Shown here: positions 48,917-59,855 of the stretch, one piece after another
Layout of the letters: the number at the start of each line of letters is the position of its first letter
How positions within the stretch are numbered: position 1 is the stretch's first letter
NCBI GenBank assembly: GCA_045604965.1
Contig: JAZUPB010000035.1
Location: 54,774 to 118,773, forward strand
From: Acutalibacteraceae bacterium
GTDB taxonomy: Bacteria > Bacillota > Clostridia > Oscillospirales > Acutalibacteraceae
Length of the DNA: 64,000 nt
Direction: 5' to 3'
Program-made: the position numbers and the translations under genes
Notes under the pieces: generated by a model
Seen by the model: only the letters and a program-made list of their open reading frames with translations
What the model was told of the DNA's origin: nothing
The model's database searches: none

Positions 48917-50044
48917 CTATTTTGACAATTTATTATGTGTATCCTTCAGCTGCTCTCTTATAGATATATGCTGTGGACACTTGGTTTCGCACAATCCACA
49001 TTCGAGACATGCAGAAGCATTCTTTTTCTTTTCATCCTCTGTTCCGATACGCGCATACTGCTCACGAGAGTAATCGTCAAGTTTATATACTCTGGCGTAG
49101 TTCATAAGTCTAAAAATTTTCGGAATATCGATTCCTGCCGGACAGGGCATGCAATAGTTGCACCCAGTGCAGTAAAGCTCCATAAGCTTGCGGTTCTCTT
49201 CCAGTGCAGCTGATATCTGATCGAGTTCATTTTCACTGAGCTTGTCAGCATTTGAGGCTGTTGCACAGTTTTCCTCGACCATCTGTATACTGCCCATACC
49301 GGAAAGTGCTATATTGACGTTGGGATTCGACATAACAAAACGCAGCGCTATCTCGGGTGAGGATTTTACCTTTCCCGGCAGAAGAGCCGATATGGCCTCT
49401 GACGGCGCACCAAGGCGTCCTCCTCCAACAGGCCCCATTATAACTACACCCATATCCTGCTCGTGAGCAAAAGCTATAGCTTCTTCGTTAGCTCTGTCAA
49501 GAAGATTGTACTGACACAGAAGAGACGCAAAATTGCCCTCTCCCTGTCTGATTATCTCCATCATATTTTCCGGTGTATCGTGGCAGGAAAAGGAGATATT
49601 TCTGATGATGCCCTGTTCGCGAAGTTTCAGCGCACGCTCATAGGGACCGTCTGTTCCTAAAGCATCTTCTTCCCAGCTTTTTCTGCTCATTCCCCAAAAA
49701 TGATAAAAATCTATGTGATCCGTATCAAGGTTCTTAAGCTGTTTTTCTACCCACTGCTGAAGATCATCTCCACTCTTTCCGACGGGATATTTCGTGGAAT
49801 AATACACCTTGTCGCGATGTGGCTTCAGCGCTTTTCCCATTATTTCTTCGCTTTTGTGATCGCAATAATACGGTGCTGTATCGAAATAGTTTACGCCCAG
49901 TGCCACAGAATGTCGAAGCATTTCGACAGTTGCATCAACATCGTATTCTTTTTTGCCATCGATCATTACAGTAGGGTATCTCATACACCCAAAGCCAAGC
50001 TTTGACACCATTGCTTCACTTTTGCCGAATCTTGTGTACTGCAT
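48917..50044 (-). CDS. aldo/keto reductase fused to C-terminal 2x[4Fe-4S] ferredoxin domain
   Basis: Start at MQYTRFGKS, with RBS GGGAGG. An AKR core is followed by CTGCNYCMPCP and CLECGLCETKCP cluster motifs. Confidence 0.75.
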   Translation of the reverse strand: MQYTRFGKSEAMVSKLGFGCMRYPTVMIDGKKEYDVDATVEMLRHSVALGVNYFDTAPYYCDHKSEEIMGKALKPHRDKVYYSTKYPVGKSGDDLQQWVEKQLKNLDTDHIDFYHFWGMSRKSWEEDALGTDGPYERALKLREQGIIRNISFSCHDTPENMMEIIRQGEGNFASLLCQYNLLDRANEEAIAFAHEQDMGVVIMGPVGGGRLGAPSEAISALLPGKVKSSPEIALRFVMSNPNVNIALSGMGSIQMVEENCATASNADKLSENELDQISAALEENRKLMELYCTGCNYCMPCPAGIDIPKIFRLMNYARVYKLDDYSREQYARIGTEDEKKKNASACLECGLCETKCPQHISIREQLKDTHNKLSK

Positions 50045-50229
50045 ATTTTTCCTCCCTTTTTTCATCTTTATATTTAATTATACATATATATACCATTCCA
50101 ATCAAGCACTGAAATCTTACATATGCATTGAGATGATTTTGTTAATTATTTTATAACTGCTTGAAAGAATATCAGGTTTATGATATTATGAAATATGTAT
50201 TTAATGATTCAAATCAACGGAGGAATGTC

Positions 50230-50932
50230 TATGAAGAGATTTTTTGCTGCTGTTTTTTTGTTGCTTGTAATAATGATTTCTCCCATTTCAGCAGCGGCAG
50301 AAGAATCTGTCGAATCCGATAATTTCAATGCGGATTCATTCACTGCATTCAGTAATCTTCAGGCAGCCTGGGCTGATCAGGGGCTTGAAATGTACCCCGA
50401 TTATATCGGCGGTGTATATTTCGGAGCTGACGGTAAGCTCATCGTTGCACTCTCTGATGATACCGATGCAAACCGTGCGGAAATCAAAAGATTGTCCGAA
50501 GTACCCGATGTTATAAATTTCCTGACTGTAAAGCACAGCTACAACGATCTTCAAAAGATTGTCGATGAGATAACATATAACTGCGATAACAACAACTACA
50601 GTTTCCTTGTTAACTTTGCCAACATCATTGAGGAAGAAAACATTGTTGAGGTGCGTGTCGGAAGTTCTGAAATCAATATAGCTAAAAACTATTTTACTCC
50701 TCTTTACGGCGATAAAATAATTATCTCCGGCGGCTACGACACTGTTTCTGACACAGATTTTGTAGAAACCGATGATATCAGCACAAGATCTGAACAAATA
50801 AGTTCAACAAAAAAGCTTCGCCTTTATATAAGTGTTGGCGTAATTGTTGTTCTGATTATTGCTGTTCTGGCTGTTACTTTCCTGTCTCAGAGCAAAAATC
50901 AAACTGCTTCTTCCCCCAGAAGATACAGGTAA
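50230..50932 (+). CDS. hypothetical secreted protein with C-terminal TM anchor
   Basis: ATG at 50230 after GGAGGA. The product has a signal peptide and a C-terminal hydrophobic helix. A terminator follows at 50948-50986. Confidence 0.5.
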
Positions 50933-51256
50933 TAAAAAATTTACAATTTAACAGAGAGCGGTAATAAAAATACCGCTCTCTGTACTTTTATTATTTTGTT
51001 TTATAACTGACGACAAACTTTTGCCGATAATCGGCAATATTGTTCACCCAGTTTTCACATTGACATAATTCTGTCAGCTTTCTTTCTGTTTTTTCTTCGG
51101 AATTTCTGTATTGTAAACTATTTTTCGTAACAATTATGTAACAAATGGAAACCGATTATATATTATAATACACAAAGAATCCGTTTGCTGAATTTATATA
51201 TATCGCGGCGCTTCTAAGTCGCTTAACCATCGGATTAAAAGGAGTGTTAACCCTTA

Positions 51257-51940
51257 ATGATAGAATTTCGTAACGTCTATAAGACCTACGATAACGGCAC
51301 CAAAGCTCTTAAGGATTTCAATCTTTATGTAAACGAGGGCGAATTTGTTTTCATTGTCGGTTCATCCGGCTCGGGCAAATCCACTCTGCTTAAGCTCGTT
51401 ATGCGTGAGGAGCTCCCCTCCTCCGGCGAAATAATCGTCGCTGGTCACAAGCTGTCCACTCTTCGTCACAAGGACCTCCCCTATTACAGACGAACTATGG
51501 GCATCGTTTTTCAGGACTTCCGACTTATTCCCAATATGACAGTTTTTGATAACGTCGCTTTTGCTATGCGCGTTATCGGAATGAGCACAAAGGCTGTAAG
51601 AAAGAAAGTTCCTTATGTGCTCGGCCTCGTCGGTCTCAGCGATAAAGCAAGATGCTACCCTAAAGAGCTTTCAGGCGGCGAACAGCAGCGTGTCGGTCTC
51701 GCCCGTGCTCTTATTAACAATCCTGCACTCATCATCGCCGATGAGCCTACAGGTAACGTTGACCCCCGTATGAGCTTTGAGATAGTTGATATGCTCAACG
51801 AAATCAACCGACGCGGCACCACCATTCTTATGGTTACTCACGAGCACTCTCTGGTCAAGAGATTCCATCGCCGAATAATTGAGATCCAGGAAGGAGAACT
51901 CGTTGCAGACAGCGGTCCGGAGGTGGAATTCTATGCTTAG
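51257..51940 (+). CDS. ftsE: cell-division ABC ATPase FtsE
   Basis: Walker A (GSSGSGKST), ABC signature (LSGGEQQR) and Walker B (IIADEP) motifs. Confidence 0.85.
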   Translation: MIEFRNVYKTYDNGTKALKDFNLYVNEGEFVFIVGSSGSGKSTLLKLVMREELPSSGEIIVAGHKLSTLRHKDLPYYRRTMGIVFQDFRLIPNMTVFDNVAFAMRVIGMSTKAVRKKVPYVLGLVGLSDKARCYPKELSGGEQQRVGLARALINNPALIIADEPTGNVDPRMSFEIVDMLNEINRRGTTILMVTHEHSLVKRFHRRIIEIQEGELVADSGPEVEFYA

Positions 51941-52847
51941 CAGTTTCAAGTATCTTGTCAAGGAAGGTTTCCGCAATCTTTGGACCAATCGTCTTATGAG
52001 TGTCGCTTCTATGGGCGTTCTCATCTGCTGCCTGCTCCTTATGGGCTGTGCTGCTCTTGTTTCGGTAAATATATCCAATGCTATGGGCTATCTTACCGAT
52101 AAAAACGCTGTTATGGTATTCCTCAATGACGAAATAAGCCCCTCCGATATTCAGGTTGCAAGGGCTCAGCTTGAGGATATCAACAACATAAACAAGCTTG
52201 AGTTTATTTCCAGCGACGATGCTTTTATCAGCATTATGCAGGGTATGAGCGATACTCAGGAAATACTCGATACCAATGTTCTCGGAGAGACCTCCGAATT
52301 TCTCCCCCACGCATTCAAGGTTACATTTAACGATATCTCTCAGTTTGACACAACGATAGAGCTTATCAAGCAGAACAGTTTTGTACAGCACGTAAGTGAC
52401 AAGCGAGAGTTCGTTACAAGACTCAACAACATAAACAAAATCGTCTCTGTTGTCGGTTTTTGGATCGTTGGACTTCTGTTTATTGTTTCTCTTTTTATCA
52501 TTACTAATACCATCAAGCTTACTATGTATGTAAGAAAGCTCGAGATCGGTATTATGAAATCAGTCGGTGCTACTGACTGGTTCATCCGACTGCCCTTCCT
52601 TGTTGAGGGTATGATAATCGGTATCATTTCGGGTCTTGTTTCTTTCGGACTTATTTGGTACGTTTATCAGACTGCAGTCAAAGCCGTTAAGGCTTCTTTC
52701 TCCACTATGGCCATCCTCAGCTTTGGTGACCTTTGGTGGGTCGTTCTTCTCGCTTTCGTCGGTGCAGGAATCCTTGCCGGCGCAGGCGGCAGCCTTATCT
52801 CTATAAGCAAATATCTTAAGCGCGACGGAGGATTAAACAATGACTAA
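51933..52847 (+). CDS. ftsX: cell-division permease-like protein FtsX
   Basis: The start ([16 protein letters not shown]) overlaps the ftsE stop. The product has 4 TM helices with a large extracellular loop. Confidence 0.8.
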   Translation: MLSSFKYLVKEGFRNLWTNRLMSVASMGVLICCLLLMGCAALVSVNISNAMGYLTDKNAVMVFLNDEISPSDIQVARAQLEDINNINKLEFISSDDAFISIMQGMSDTQEILDTNVLGETSEFLPHAFKVTFNDISQFDTTIELIKQNSFVQHVSDKREFVTRLNNINKIVSVVGFWIVGLLFIVSLFIITNTIKLTMYVRKLEIGIMKSVGATDWFIRLPFLVEGMIIGIISGLVSFGLIWYVYQTAVKAVKASFSTMAILSFGDLWWVVLLAFVGAGILAGAGGSLISISKYLKRDGGLNND

Positions 52848-54003
52848 AAAAATTATGGTTGGACTTATCGTTGTCCTTTCATTGATGTCATTCTGCATTT
52901 TCCTTACACCCGAAAAATCCGCTTCCGGTACTGTCACTGTAAGCGCTGCAACTCAGTCAGAGCTTGAAGCAAAGCAGAAATCTCTCGAAAAGCAGCAGGC
53001 AGACATAAAGAGCCGTCTTTCAACTATCCGTGAAAGAGCTGCTTCTGCTCAGGAAGAGCTTGACACTATCAATTCACTTGTCGCTAATCTTCAGTCTCAG
53101 GTAGACACAATCAACGAAAGCATTGAGGCTACCGAAGCTGAGATCTCCGCACTAGAAGCTGAAATCGAGGTTCGTGAGGAAAAGATCGACGAAAACTACT
53201 ACAATTTCAAGCAGAGACTTCGTGCTATGTATATGTCCGGCGATATTACCGGCGGACTCGAGGTTCTCCTCAGCACCGAAAACTATGATGATCTTCTCAC
53301 CCGTATGTATTACATCGAAAAAATGGCTGAACACGATCAGGCTATCGTTGATGCGATAACCATCGACAAGGCAACATTCGAAGATCAGATGTCTACTGTC
53401 GAGGCAAAGCGCACCGCTCTCGATGAACAGAGAGTTACTCTCAACGCAAAAAAGACCGAGCTTGACGACGAAAAGAAAAAGGCAGAGGATCTTCTTGCTG
53501 AGATAGAGAAAGATCAGAAGGCTCTCGAAGAAGAGCAGAAGAAGATCGACCAGAAGATGGTCGTTGCAAAGGCTCAGCTCGATGCTCTTATTGCTGCTGA
53601 ATCTAAAAAGGACGTAGGTTCTTCATATGTCGGCGGCGGCTTCAAATGGCCCACTCCCGGCTATGGTCATATCACCTCTCCCTATGGAATGCGTTGGGGC
53701 AAGCTTCACAAGGGTATCGATATCGGTGCTCCAACAGGCGCTAAGACTGTTGCTTCCAATCAGGGCAAGGTCATTACCAGTGCTTACAACTCCAGTTACG
53801 GTAACTATGTTATCATCAATCACGGCGGCGGATATATGACTGTTTATGCTCACTTCTCAAAGAGACTAGTCAGCGTAGGTCAGTATGTCGCAAAGGGTCA
53901 GACCGTTGGTCTTGTCGGTTCTACCGGTCACTCTACCGGACCTCACCTTCATTTTGAGATTCGTGTAAACGGTAAGGCTGTCAATCCGAGAAAGTACGTC
54001 TGA
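52840..54003 (+). CDS. M23-family peptidoglycan metalloendopeptidase with N-terminal coiled coils (EnvC/PcsB-like FtsEX partner)
   Basis: 387-aa ORF with a signal peptide, long coiled-coil region, and C-terminal M23 motifs (HKGIDI, HLHFE). Confidence 0.8.
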   Translation: MTKKIMVGLIVVLSLMSFCIFLTPEKSASGTVTVSAATQSELEAKQKSLEKQQADIKSRLSTIRERAASAQEELDTINSLVANLQSQVDTINESIEATEAEISALEAEIEVREEKIDENYYNFKQRLRAMYMSGDITGGLEVLLSTENYDDLLTRMYYIEKMAEHDQAIVDAITIDKATFEDQMSTVEAKRTALDEQRVTLNAKKTELDDEKKKAEDLLAEIEKDQKALEEEQKKIDQKMVVAKAQLDALIAAESKKDVGSSYVGGGFKWPTPGYGHITSPYGMRWGKLHKGIDIGAPTGAKTVASNQGKVITSAYNSSYGNYVIINHGGGYMTVYAHFSKRLVSVGQYVAKGQTVGLVGSTGHSTGPHLHFEIRVNGKAVNPRKYV

Positions 54004-54123
54004 TTTTAGCTTAATATGTCGCAGGCCGGCAGAGCACTTGACCTCTGCCGGCCTTTGATGTAAAATGAAGCGGCGGTGAGAATATATCCTCTCGCCTAAT
54101 CTATGAATATCAGGTAGGTATAT

Positions 54124-55416
54124 ATGAATAAAAAAATTTCATTAGGGTTGGCTCTTTCGATAGCACTTATTATCGCTGCTATCGCAGTGTCTGCTACCTA
54201 TACCATCGCAATGAATTCTTTCAATGACCGAATGTCTGCTGTTATTGAAAGACAGTCACTCTACGAAGAACTCAGCGAGCTCGATTCACAGGCTCGTCTC
54301 AAGCTTCTTTACGATATTGACGAGCAGAATCTCAACGAAGCCGTTATGAGCGGTTACGTAAACGGTCTTGGAGATAAGCATGCTGAGTTCCTCAACAAGG
54401 AAGAATACGGCAGATATCTTTCTCACGTTAAAGGTACTGACTACGGTCTCGGTATAGATATCGCTCAGAATTCAGACGGCAATATCGTTGTTAACCGTGT
54501 ACACAGCGATTCTCCCGCTGACGAAAAGGGCGTTCTTAAGGGTGATGTCATCACCAGCATAAACGGCAGCAAAGTTCTTGAGATCGGATACAGTTCCGCT
54601 GTCTCCATGCTTACAACAAATTCAAACTCTACAGTAAAATTTCTTGTCAAACGCGACAGCGGAAATTATCAGTTCTCTGTAAAAAAGGATTACTATACTG
54701 TTTCTTCCGTTGAATTTCGTATGATCTCTGAAGATGTCGGCTGCATAAGAATAGCTGAATTTATCGACAACACTCCCGCTCAGTTTGCTTCTGCATTAAG
54801 CAGTCTCAAGGATCAGAGCATTACCGGTCTTATTCTTGATGTACGCGATAATAAGGGCGGCTCCTACGAAAGCGCCTGCAAAATCCTCGACTCCCTTCTC
54901 CCTGCAGGCAATATTATGCTTGCAATTGATTCCGAGGGTAAATCAAAGCCTATATATGTTTCTGATGTTTCCAGTGAAAATAAAATTGCTCTCGCTGTTA
55001 TCGTCAATGAAAACACTCAGGGTGCAGCAGAATTGTTTGCAAGTACCATTGCTGATTTCAAACGCGGCGATATAATCGGAGTATCCACCGCAGGTCTGTT
55101 CACTGTTCAGGAAGTATTCCCTCTTTCTTCAGGAACTGCTGTAAAGCTTACAACCTCAGGATGGAAATCTGCCAGCGGTTCGGTCGTCTCTGAGGGACGC
55201 ATCGTTCCTACCTTCGAAGTAAAGCTTACAGACTATCAAAATGAGAACCGTTTCCACCTCTCTGATGCTGAGGATCCTCAACTCCAGACCGCACTTGAGC
55301 GTGTTACTGCTCTCCACGCAAGTATGGATGATTATGATTATATCTATGAGGTTTCAGACAGCGACGTTTCGGAAACTGTATCAACCTCTGATGTATCTTC
55401 TTCCGACAATCCATAA
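54124..55416 (+). CDS. S41-family C-terminal processing peptidase (CtpA-like) with PDZ domain
   Basis: 430-aa ORF with an N-terminal TM, a PDZ region and an S41 catalytic region. It has an acidic Ser-rich tail. Confidence 0.75.
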   Translation: MNKKISLGLALSIALIIAAIAVSATYTIAMNSFNDRMSAVIERQSLYEELSELDSQARLKLLYDIDEQNLNEAVMSGYVNGLGDKHAEFLNKEEYGRYLSHVKGTDYGLGIDIAQNSDGNIVVNRVHSDSPADEKGVLKGDVITSINGSKVLEIGYSSAVSMLTTNSNSTVKFLVKRDSGNYQFSVKKDYYTVSSVEFRMISEDVGCIRIAEFIDNTPAQFASALSSLKDQSITGLILDVRDNKGGSYESACKILDSLLPAGNIMLAIDSEGKSKPIYVSDVSSENKIALAVIVNENTQGAAELFASTIADFKRGDIIGVSTAGLFTVQEVFPLSSGTAVKLTTSGWKSASGSVVSEGRIVPTFEVKLTDYQNENRFHLSDAEDPQLQTALERVTALHASMDDYDYIYEVSDSDVSETVSTSDVSSSDNP

Positions 55417-55757
55417 TCATTGTAATTTCTTCTATACACCGCAGCGGAATTTCTCCACTGCGGTGATTTTTTTCGTCCTGTTGTCAGAAGCAATAAATAT
55501 GTGACAATACATACAGCGAATCCAACCGGCTCTGAGACATACTCCATTATATATCCTGCGTACGGAATATGAATTAACACTTTTTCAGAATCTGCACGAT
55601 TTGTATAGACTTCCATACTGCCATTCTCCGTGCAGATACCCTTTATTCCCGTTATTCTGTATATGATCAGAAAATTGGATGACAATCGGCACACAATCGC
55701 AAATGTCAAAGCAACAATAAGCAAAAAAGATAAAAGCTTTGCAAACAGTCTTTTCAT
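55344..55757 (-). CDS. hypothetical small membrane protein; 3' end overlaps the antisense of the ctp gene tail
   Basis: 137-aa ORF with a strong RBS (GGAGG, 8 nt spacing) and a signal/TM N-terminus. The last roughly 24 codons are antisense to the low-complexity ctp tail, so the true C-terminus is uncertain. Confidence 0.35.
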   Translation of the reverse strand: MKRLFAKLLSFLLIVALTFAIVCRLSSNFLIIYRITGIKGICTENGSMEVYTNRADSEKVLIHIPYAGYIMEYVSEPVGFAVCIVTYLLLLTTGRKKSPQWRNSAAVYRRNYNDYGLSEEDTSEVDTVSETSLSETS

Positions 55758-55833
55758 CGATAAACCTCCAAATACATTTTTTAATATGTATTTGAGCGGC
55801 TCGTTAAAAAGAACAATTGCAAAGCTTTATTAT

Positions 55834-56409
55834 TCAGCTGTTTCTTTTCAGCACCTTATCAATAAACACCTGATCCAGTTCGCCTATGGGTTTTACCTGC
55901 CCGGGCTTCATATCCAGTGGCTTTGTCTTCATCGCGAACCATTCGACATCGTGCCATTCTCCGAATTTATATCCTGCATCGGGGAATGCGCCTACATACG
56001 CAAATCCGTACTTCTCGTGAAAGCGGTGGCTCTTTTCGTTTGGCACCGTTACTCCCGAATAGACATTATATATGCCCTGCTCCGAAAGAATTTCAAAAAG
56101 TGCATCATATAGCTTTTTTGCCACTCCTTTTGAGTGATAGCTCTCGTGCACATATACTGACACCTCTACATCGTAGCAATACGCCGCTCGAACAGCATAT
56201 CTTGCAGCATATGCGTATCCTACTATCTTTCCATCCACTTCATACACAACATAGGGATACATCGATGATATATTTCTTATTCTTTCGGCAAATTCTTCCT
56301 CGCTCGGAGTCTGCTTTTCAAAGGATGCGCAGGTGTTTTCCACATAGTATGAATATATGCCGAGAATTTCCTTTGCATCTTCCGGTTTCGCAAGTCTCAT
56401 TATTCTCAC
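55834..56409 (-). CDS. GNAT-family N-acetyltransferase
   Basis: 191-aa ORF with an acetyl-CoA binding motif (…HSKGVAKKLYDAL…). Confidence 0.75.
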   Translation of the reverse strand: MRIMRLAKPEDAKEILGIYSYYVENTCASFEKQTPSEEEFAERIRNISSMYPYVVYEVDGKIVGYAYAARYAVRAAYCYDVEVSVYVHESYHSKGVAKKLYDALFEILSEQGIYNVYSGVTVPNEKSHRFHEKYGFAYVGAFPDAGYKFGEWHDVEWFAMKTKPLDMKPGQVKPIGELDQVFIDKVLKRNS

Positions 56410-56425
56410 AGTATTTATCTCCTTT

Positions 56426-56812
56426 TTATTTGGAAAAAGCAGCCTGAAATTCTTCTATAAACTCATCAGTCTGGGGCACATCATCAACCATCATAGCAAC
56501 AAGCGAAAATGAGCGCAAATCGTCACTCATCATAAACTGCAGTGCAATTTCCGTATCTTCATTATCAATATCGCTTGTTCCGGTGCAATTTACGTAACAG
56601 GTTCCGTCTTTCGCTTGAAAAGCTATCCATTCCGGAGTCATCTGATCGAAAAACTCGGTCATACAGTCGTCTATTGTTTCTCCATCTTCATTGCCGAGGA
56701 AATAACTGTCTCTTACTGAATCTATTACGTCCCACAGTTCTTCGTCAGTCAGCGCGCCCTTTTTATTCGGACTTATTCTGTCGGTTATATCTGCAAATAA
56801 TGTTGCTCCCAT
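56426..56812 (-). CDS. hypothetical acidic cytoplasmic protein
   Basis: Start at MGATLFADI, with RBS AAGGAG. About 128 aa. Confidence 0.45.
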   Translation of the reverse strand: MGATLFADITDRISPNKKGALTDEELWDVIDSVRDSYFLGNEDGETIDDCMTEFFDQMTPEWIAFQAKDGTCYVNCTGTSDIDNEDTEIALQFMMSDDLRSFSLVAMMVDDVPQTDEFIEEFQAAFSK

Positions 56813-56876
56813 TTTTTCACACTCCTTAGTCTGAAAAATTATAACCCGACAATACACTGTGATTGTAAACAGACGG

Positions 56877-57647
56877 TTAATTTTGGTTTTTTCCGGGAAG
56901 CAGGAGCTTTATTCCGTAAGCCCCGATAGCGAGGAAGGTACACAGTATCGCTGCAGCAGATATTATAGGGTACTCTCGCTGCGTGGTAAAGCAGAATGGC
57001 AATCCGCACAAATCTATAACAAAATGGAATAGTGAAACAAGCCACAGGTTTCGTGTCCTTATATAGACAGCACCAAGATATACGCCTAAGCCTATTGCCC
57101 ACACTATTTTGCAGGCTGCAATTATCGGTGACATACCAATTACACCTATAATATGTCCCATTCCGAATATCACCGCTGTTATTATCACTGCAATCAGCTG
57201 AGGATTTTTTCTTTTTCCTAAAATCCGCTCAAGAGAATTTTGCAGCAGACCTCGGCAGAAAAACTCCTCAATTATTCCAACACCAATATAATAAACTATT
57301 CCCTCAATAAGGATTTTCCACATTGACGGCGTATAGTCAAAGGACATAAGACCCACACAGAAAGCCCCGCAAGGTACGGCAAATGCTATTATTGCAGAAA
57401 CACCGTAAGTTTTCAGTCCTGTAATAAAATTGTTTTTCCAAAAACCTATCCTGAATGTCGGTAACAGAATTTTTGTGATAATTGCGCCAACTGCCATTGT
57501 AAATAATATATTTATAAGAAGCGTTATACACACGCTGTCAACATCTGACAATGTGATGTTGACAAATAAGGCACACGGCAGTCCGGATATGTACATTGCA
57601 GCTATAAATGCAGCAATAATCAACGCTTTGATATTCTCTTTATTCAT
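56877..57647 (-). CDS. CPBP-family (CAAX protease-like) intramembrane metalloprotease
   Basis: EEFFCRGLLQ (motif 1) and FGMGHI (motif 3) in a polytopic protein. Confidence 0.75.
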   Translation of the reverse strand: MNKENIKALIIAAFIAAMYISGLPCALFVNITLSDVDSVCITLLINILFTMAVGAIITKILLPTFRIGFWKNNFITGLKTYGVSAIIAFAVPCGAFCVGLMSFDYTPSMWKILIEGIVYYIGVGIIEEFFCRGLLQNSLERILGKRKNPQLIAVIITAVIFGMGHIIGVIGMSPIIAACKIVWAIGLGVYLGAVYIRTRNLWLVSLFHFVIDLCGLPFCFTTQREYPIISAAAILCTFLAIGAYGIKLLLPGKNQN

Positions 57648-57715
57648 TGTAACACCACTCTACTTGTATATAATCACAGAGGGGCATTGGTATCAATGCC
57701 CCTCTTCTACCCTAA

Positions 57716-58213
57716 TTAAGCTCTTTTCAAACATTTGACGATTTCACCCATATATACATAATGATAATCGCCGTTTGAGTAATTTTTCTCTATTGTCGGA
57801 TCGATAAAGCCTTCGGGCTTTATTCTGTCCTTATATATCTTGCGGCAGATAAGAACAGTTTCTGCCTCTTCAAAGTACGGTGCTTTTTCATCCTTTGCAA
57901 CAGTCAATCCTGCATCAGATATCTTGTCTCGATCTCTGCCGCTTACAGTGCCGCAGAGCTTGAGTGCATCTCTCTGACCATCCCCGAAAAAGCAAAGAGA
58001 AAAATACTCCTCATCTTCAACAAATTCAAATGTATATCTCTGAGGACGAATGTAGCAGGTGGCGACCTCTTTGTTCCACATTATGCCGAGACCGCCCCAG
58101 CTTGCGGTCATTGTATTGACCTTTTCGCTGCCTGCTGTTATAAGCATCCACTGCTTGTTTATTGCCTCAAAGGTATTTTCCTTCAGATCATATACTGAAA
58201 TTTCGTTGAACAT
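57716..58213 (-). CDS. flavin reductase-like FMN-binding split-barrel protein
   Basis: 165-aa ORF with a conserved …MTASWGGLG… signature. Confidence 0.6.
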   Translation of the reverse strand: MFNEISVYDLKENTFEAINKQWMLITAGSEKVNTMTASWGGLGIMWNKEVATCYIRPQRYTFEFVEDEEYFSLCFFGDGQRDALKLCGTVSGRDRDKISDAGLTVAKDEKAPYFEEAETVLICRKIYKDRIKPEGFIDPTIEKNYSNGDYHYVYMGEIVKCLKRA

Positions 58214-58269
58214 TTTACCGATCTCCTTTCTGTGTTACCATATTATGATAACACAGAAAGGAATTATAA

Positions 58270-59184
58270 TCAATCGTTATCGATGTTTACCTCTCCCATA
58301 CAATTGGAGATGTCTATCACAGATCCTCCTGCAGTTTCAATTATATCAACATCGAGACCTGCAAGATTGCCGTCGTATTTTACATCAACCTTTGAATCTT
58401 TGCCGATGGTCAGGTCAATATTGCCCATACAGTCGGAAATTTCGCAATTTCTGCTGATGGCTGCATCTGTATCCATCTCTATATCGCCGACACAATCGGT
58501 GATATCAAAACCGGTAAAATAGCCGCCGATATCAATGTCGCCTACAAGATTGTCAAGTTTGATATTGGATATTCTTACATTTTCACCTCTGATTTCGCCA
58601 ACTGCAGATGTGAATGTAATTGCATTTGCACTGATGTTTTCGATATCAATGTCGCCTACGCTGTTCTTGACTATGATCTCGCCCTCAAAGCCGTCAGGAA
58701 TGCTGACTGTCAGATCGCCTGCGATCATATTTACAAATCCGGTTGTAAAATTAAGTCCGCTCTTGCCTTCCATACCGATTGTGAGAATGGAGCTGTCATT
58801 TTCGTCAAGCTTTGCAAAATCGTTCTGATCTACGTTAAGAGGCCACTTGCCATCGTAGTTGACTGCTATCTCGCCTGTGCCCGATTTGAACTTTATACTG
58901 TGGGGAACATCCTCAATTACAATGGTTTTGATGCCTTCTGCTGCAAAGGATTCGGAAACGTTGGTGTCATCACCATACTCGGTAAAATCAACATCTCCTG
59001 TACAGAGTGCAAACAATGTCTCAAAACCGCCGAGGTCAAGCTCCTCAAGCTTTTCGGGCAAATCCATTTCCTTTAATTCCTGTACACCGCCGGCTGCAAT
59101 AGCAATTCCGCCGCATACAAAGCAGGCGATCGCAGCTACAAAAAGCAGTACAAGAGATACTATAAGACCACTCTTACTCTTCAT
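58270..59184 (-). CDS. DUF4097-type beta-helical putative adhesin domain protein with N-terminal TM
   Basis: 304-aa ORF with repeated (V/I)GDI(D/E) beta-helix rungs. It is the third gene of the PadR module. Confidence 0.6.
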   Translation of the reverse strand: MKSKSGLIVSLVLLFVAAIACFVCGGIAIAAGGVQELKEMDLPEKLEELDLGGFETLFALCTGDVDFTEYGDDTNVSESFAAEGIKTIVIEDVPHSIKFKSGTGEIAVNYDGKWPLNVDQNDFAKLDENDSSILTIGMEGKSGLNFTTGFVNMIAGDLTVSIPDGFEGEIIVKNSVGDIDIENISANAITFTSAVGEIRGENVRISNIKLDNLVGDIDIGGYFTGFDITDCVGDIEMDTDAAISRNCEISDCMGNIDLTIGKDSKVDVKYDGNLAGLDVDIIETAGGSVIDISNCMGEVNIDND

Positions 59185-59186
59185 CT

Positions 59187-59855
59187 TTATGCCCTCCCCA
59201 TTATTTTGTTGCTCGTTCTCTTAAATACACCTATGAGTGCCTTCAGACCGCGCATAGAGTATTTAAGTGCATTAATAAACAGGATTGCAAGACAGATAAG
59301 TCCTGCTCCGATCAGAATCATACCCACAAAAAGCAGAATGTTCTTTGTTACAAATATAAAGGAGCATCCGATAAGTGCAGCCGCAGCAACAAAGAATCCG
59401 ATAGTTGCACAAAGCATTCCGACCCACACATAGATAAGGCATATGATCGTGAGAACTGCTGCGATCCAGAACACTACGTTTGCAAATATTCTGCCGCCGC
59501 TGACCCGCTGTACCGAAGGCTGTTCATCTGCCTGTGCTTCATTTGCTTCAGGCGCTCTTGATGCGGTGTATTCGGTTCCCTCTGAACCGTCTGTAAGCTC
59601 AGGAAGTGCCAATGCTGTTGTTTCCTCCTCTATCTGTGCAGGGGCGCCCTTTGCATCTGCAGGCAGATTTTCAAGATACTGCTCTGCAATTGCTGCCGGC
59701 TCACCAAGACTTTCCGATACTTCTTCTTCACTCATTCCCTTTTCTGCTCCTGCGCGGAAGTGTTCCTCGTAATCGAGCAGAATATCGTCTCTGTCAGACT
59801 TGCTCAGTCTGAGAAGAGCACTTTCAAGCTGACATAAGAATTCATTCTTGTTCAT
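59187..59855 (-). CDS. DUF1700-like membrane protein (PadR partner)
   Basis: 222-aa ORF with an N-terminal soluble helical region (LCQLESALLRLSKSDRDDILLDYEEHF), then C-terminal TM helices. It overlaps the PadR stop. Confidence 0.6.
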   Translation of the reverse strand: MNKNEFLCQLESALLRLSKSDRDDILLDYEEHFRAGAEKGMSEEEVSESLGEPAAIAEQYLENLPADAKGAPAQIEEETTALALPELTDGSEGTEYTASRAPEANEAQADEQPSVQRVSGGRIFANVVFWIAAVLTIICLIYVWVGMLCATIGFFVAAAALIGCSFIFVTKNILLFVGMILIGAGLICLAILFINALKYSMRGLKALIGVFKRTSNKIMGRA

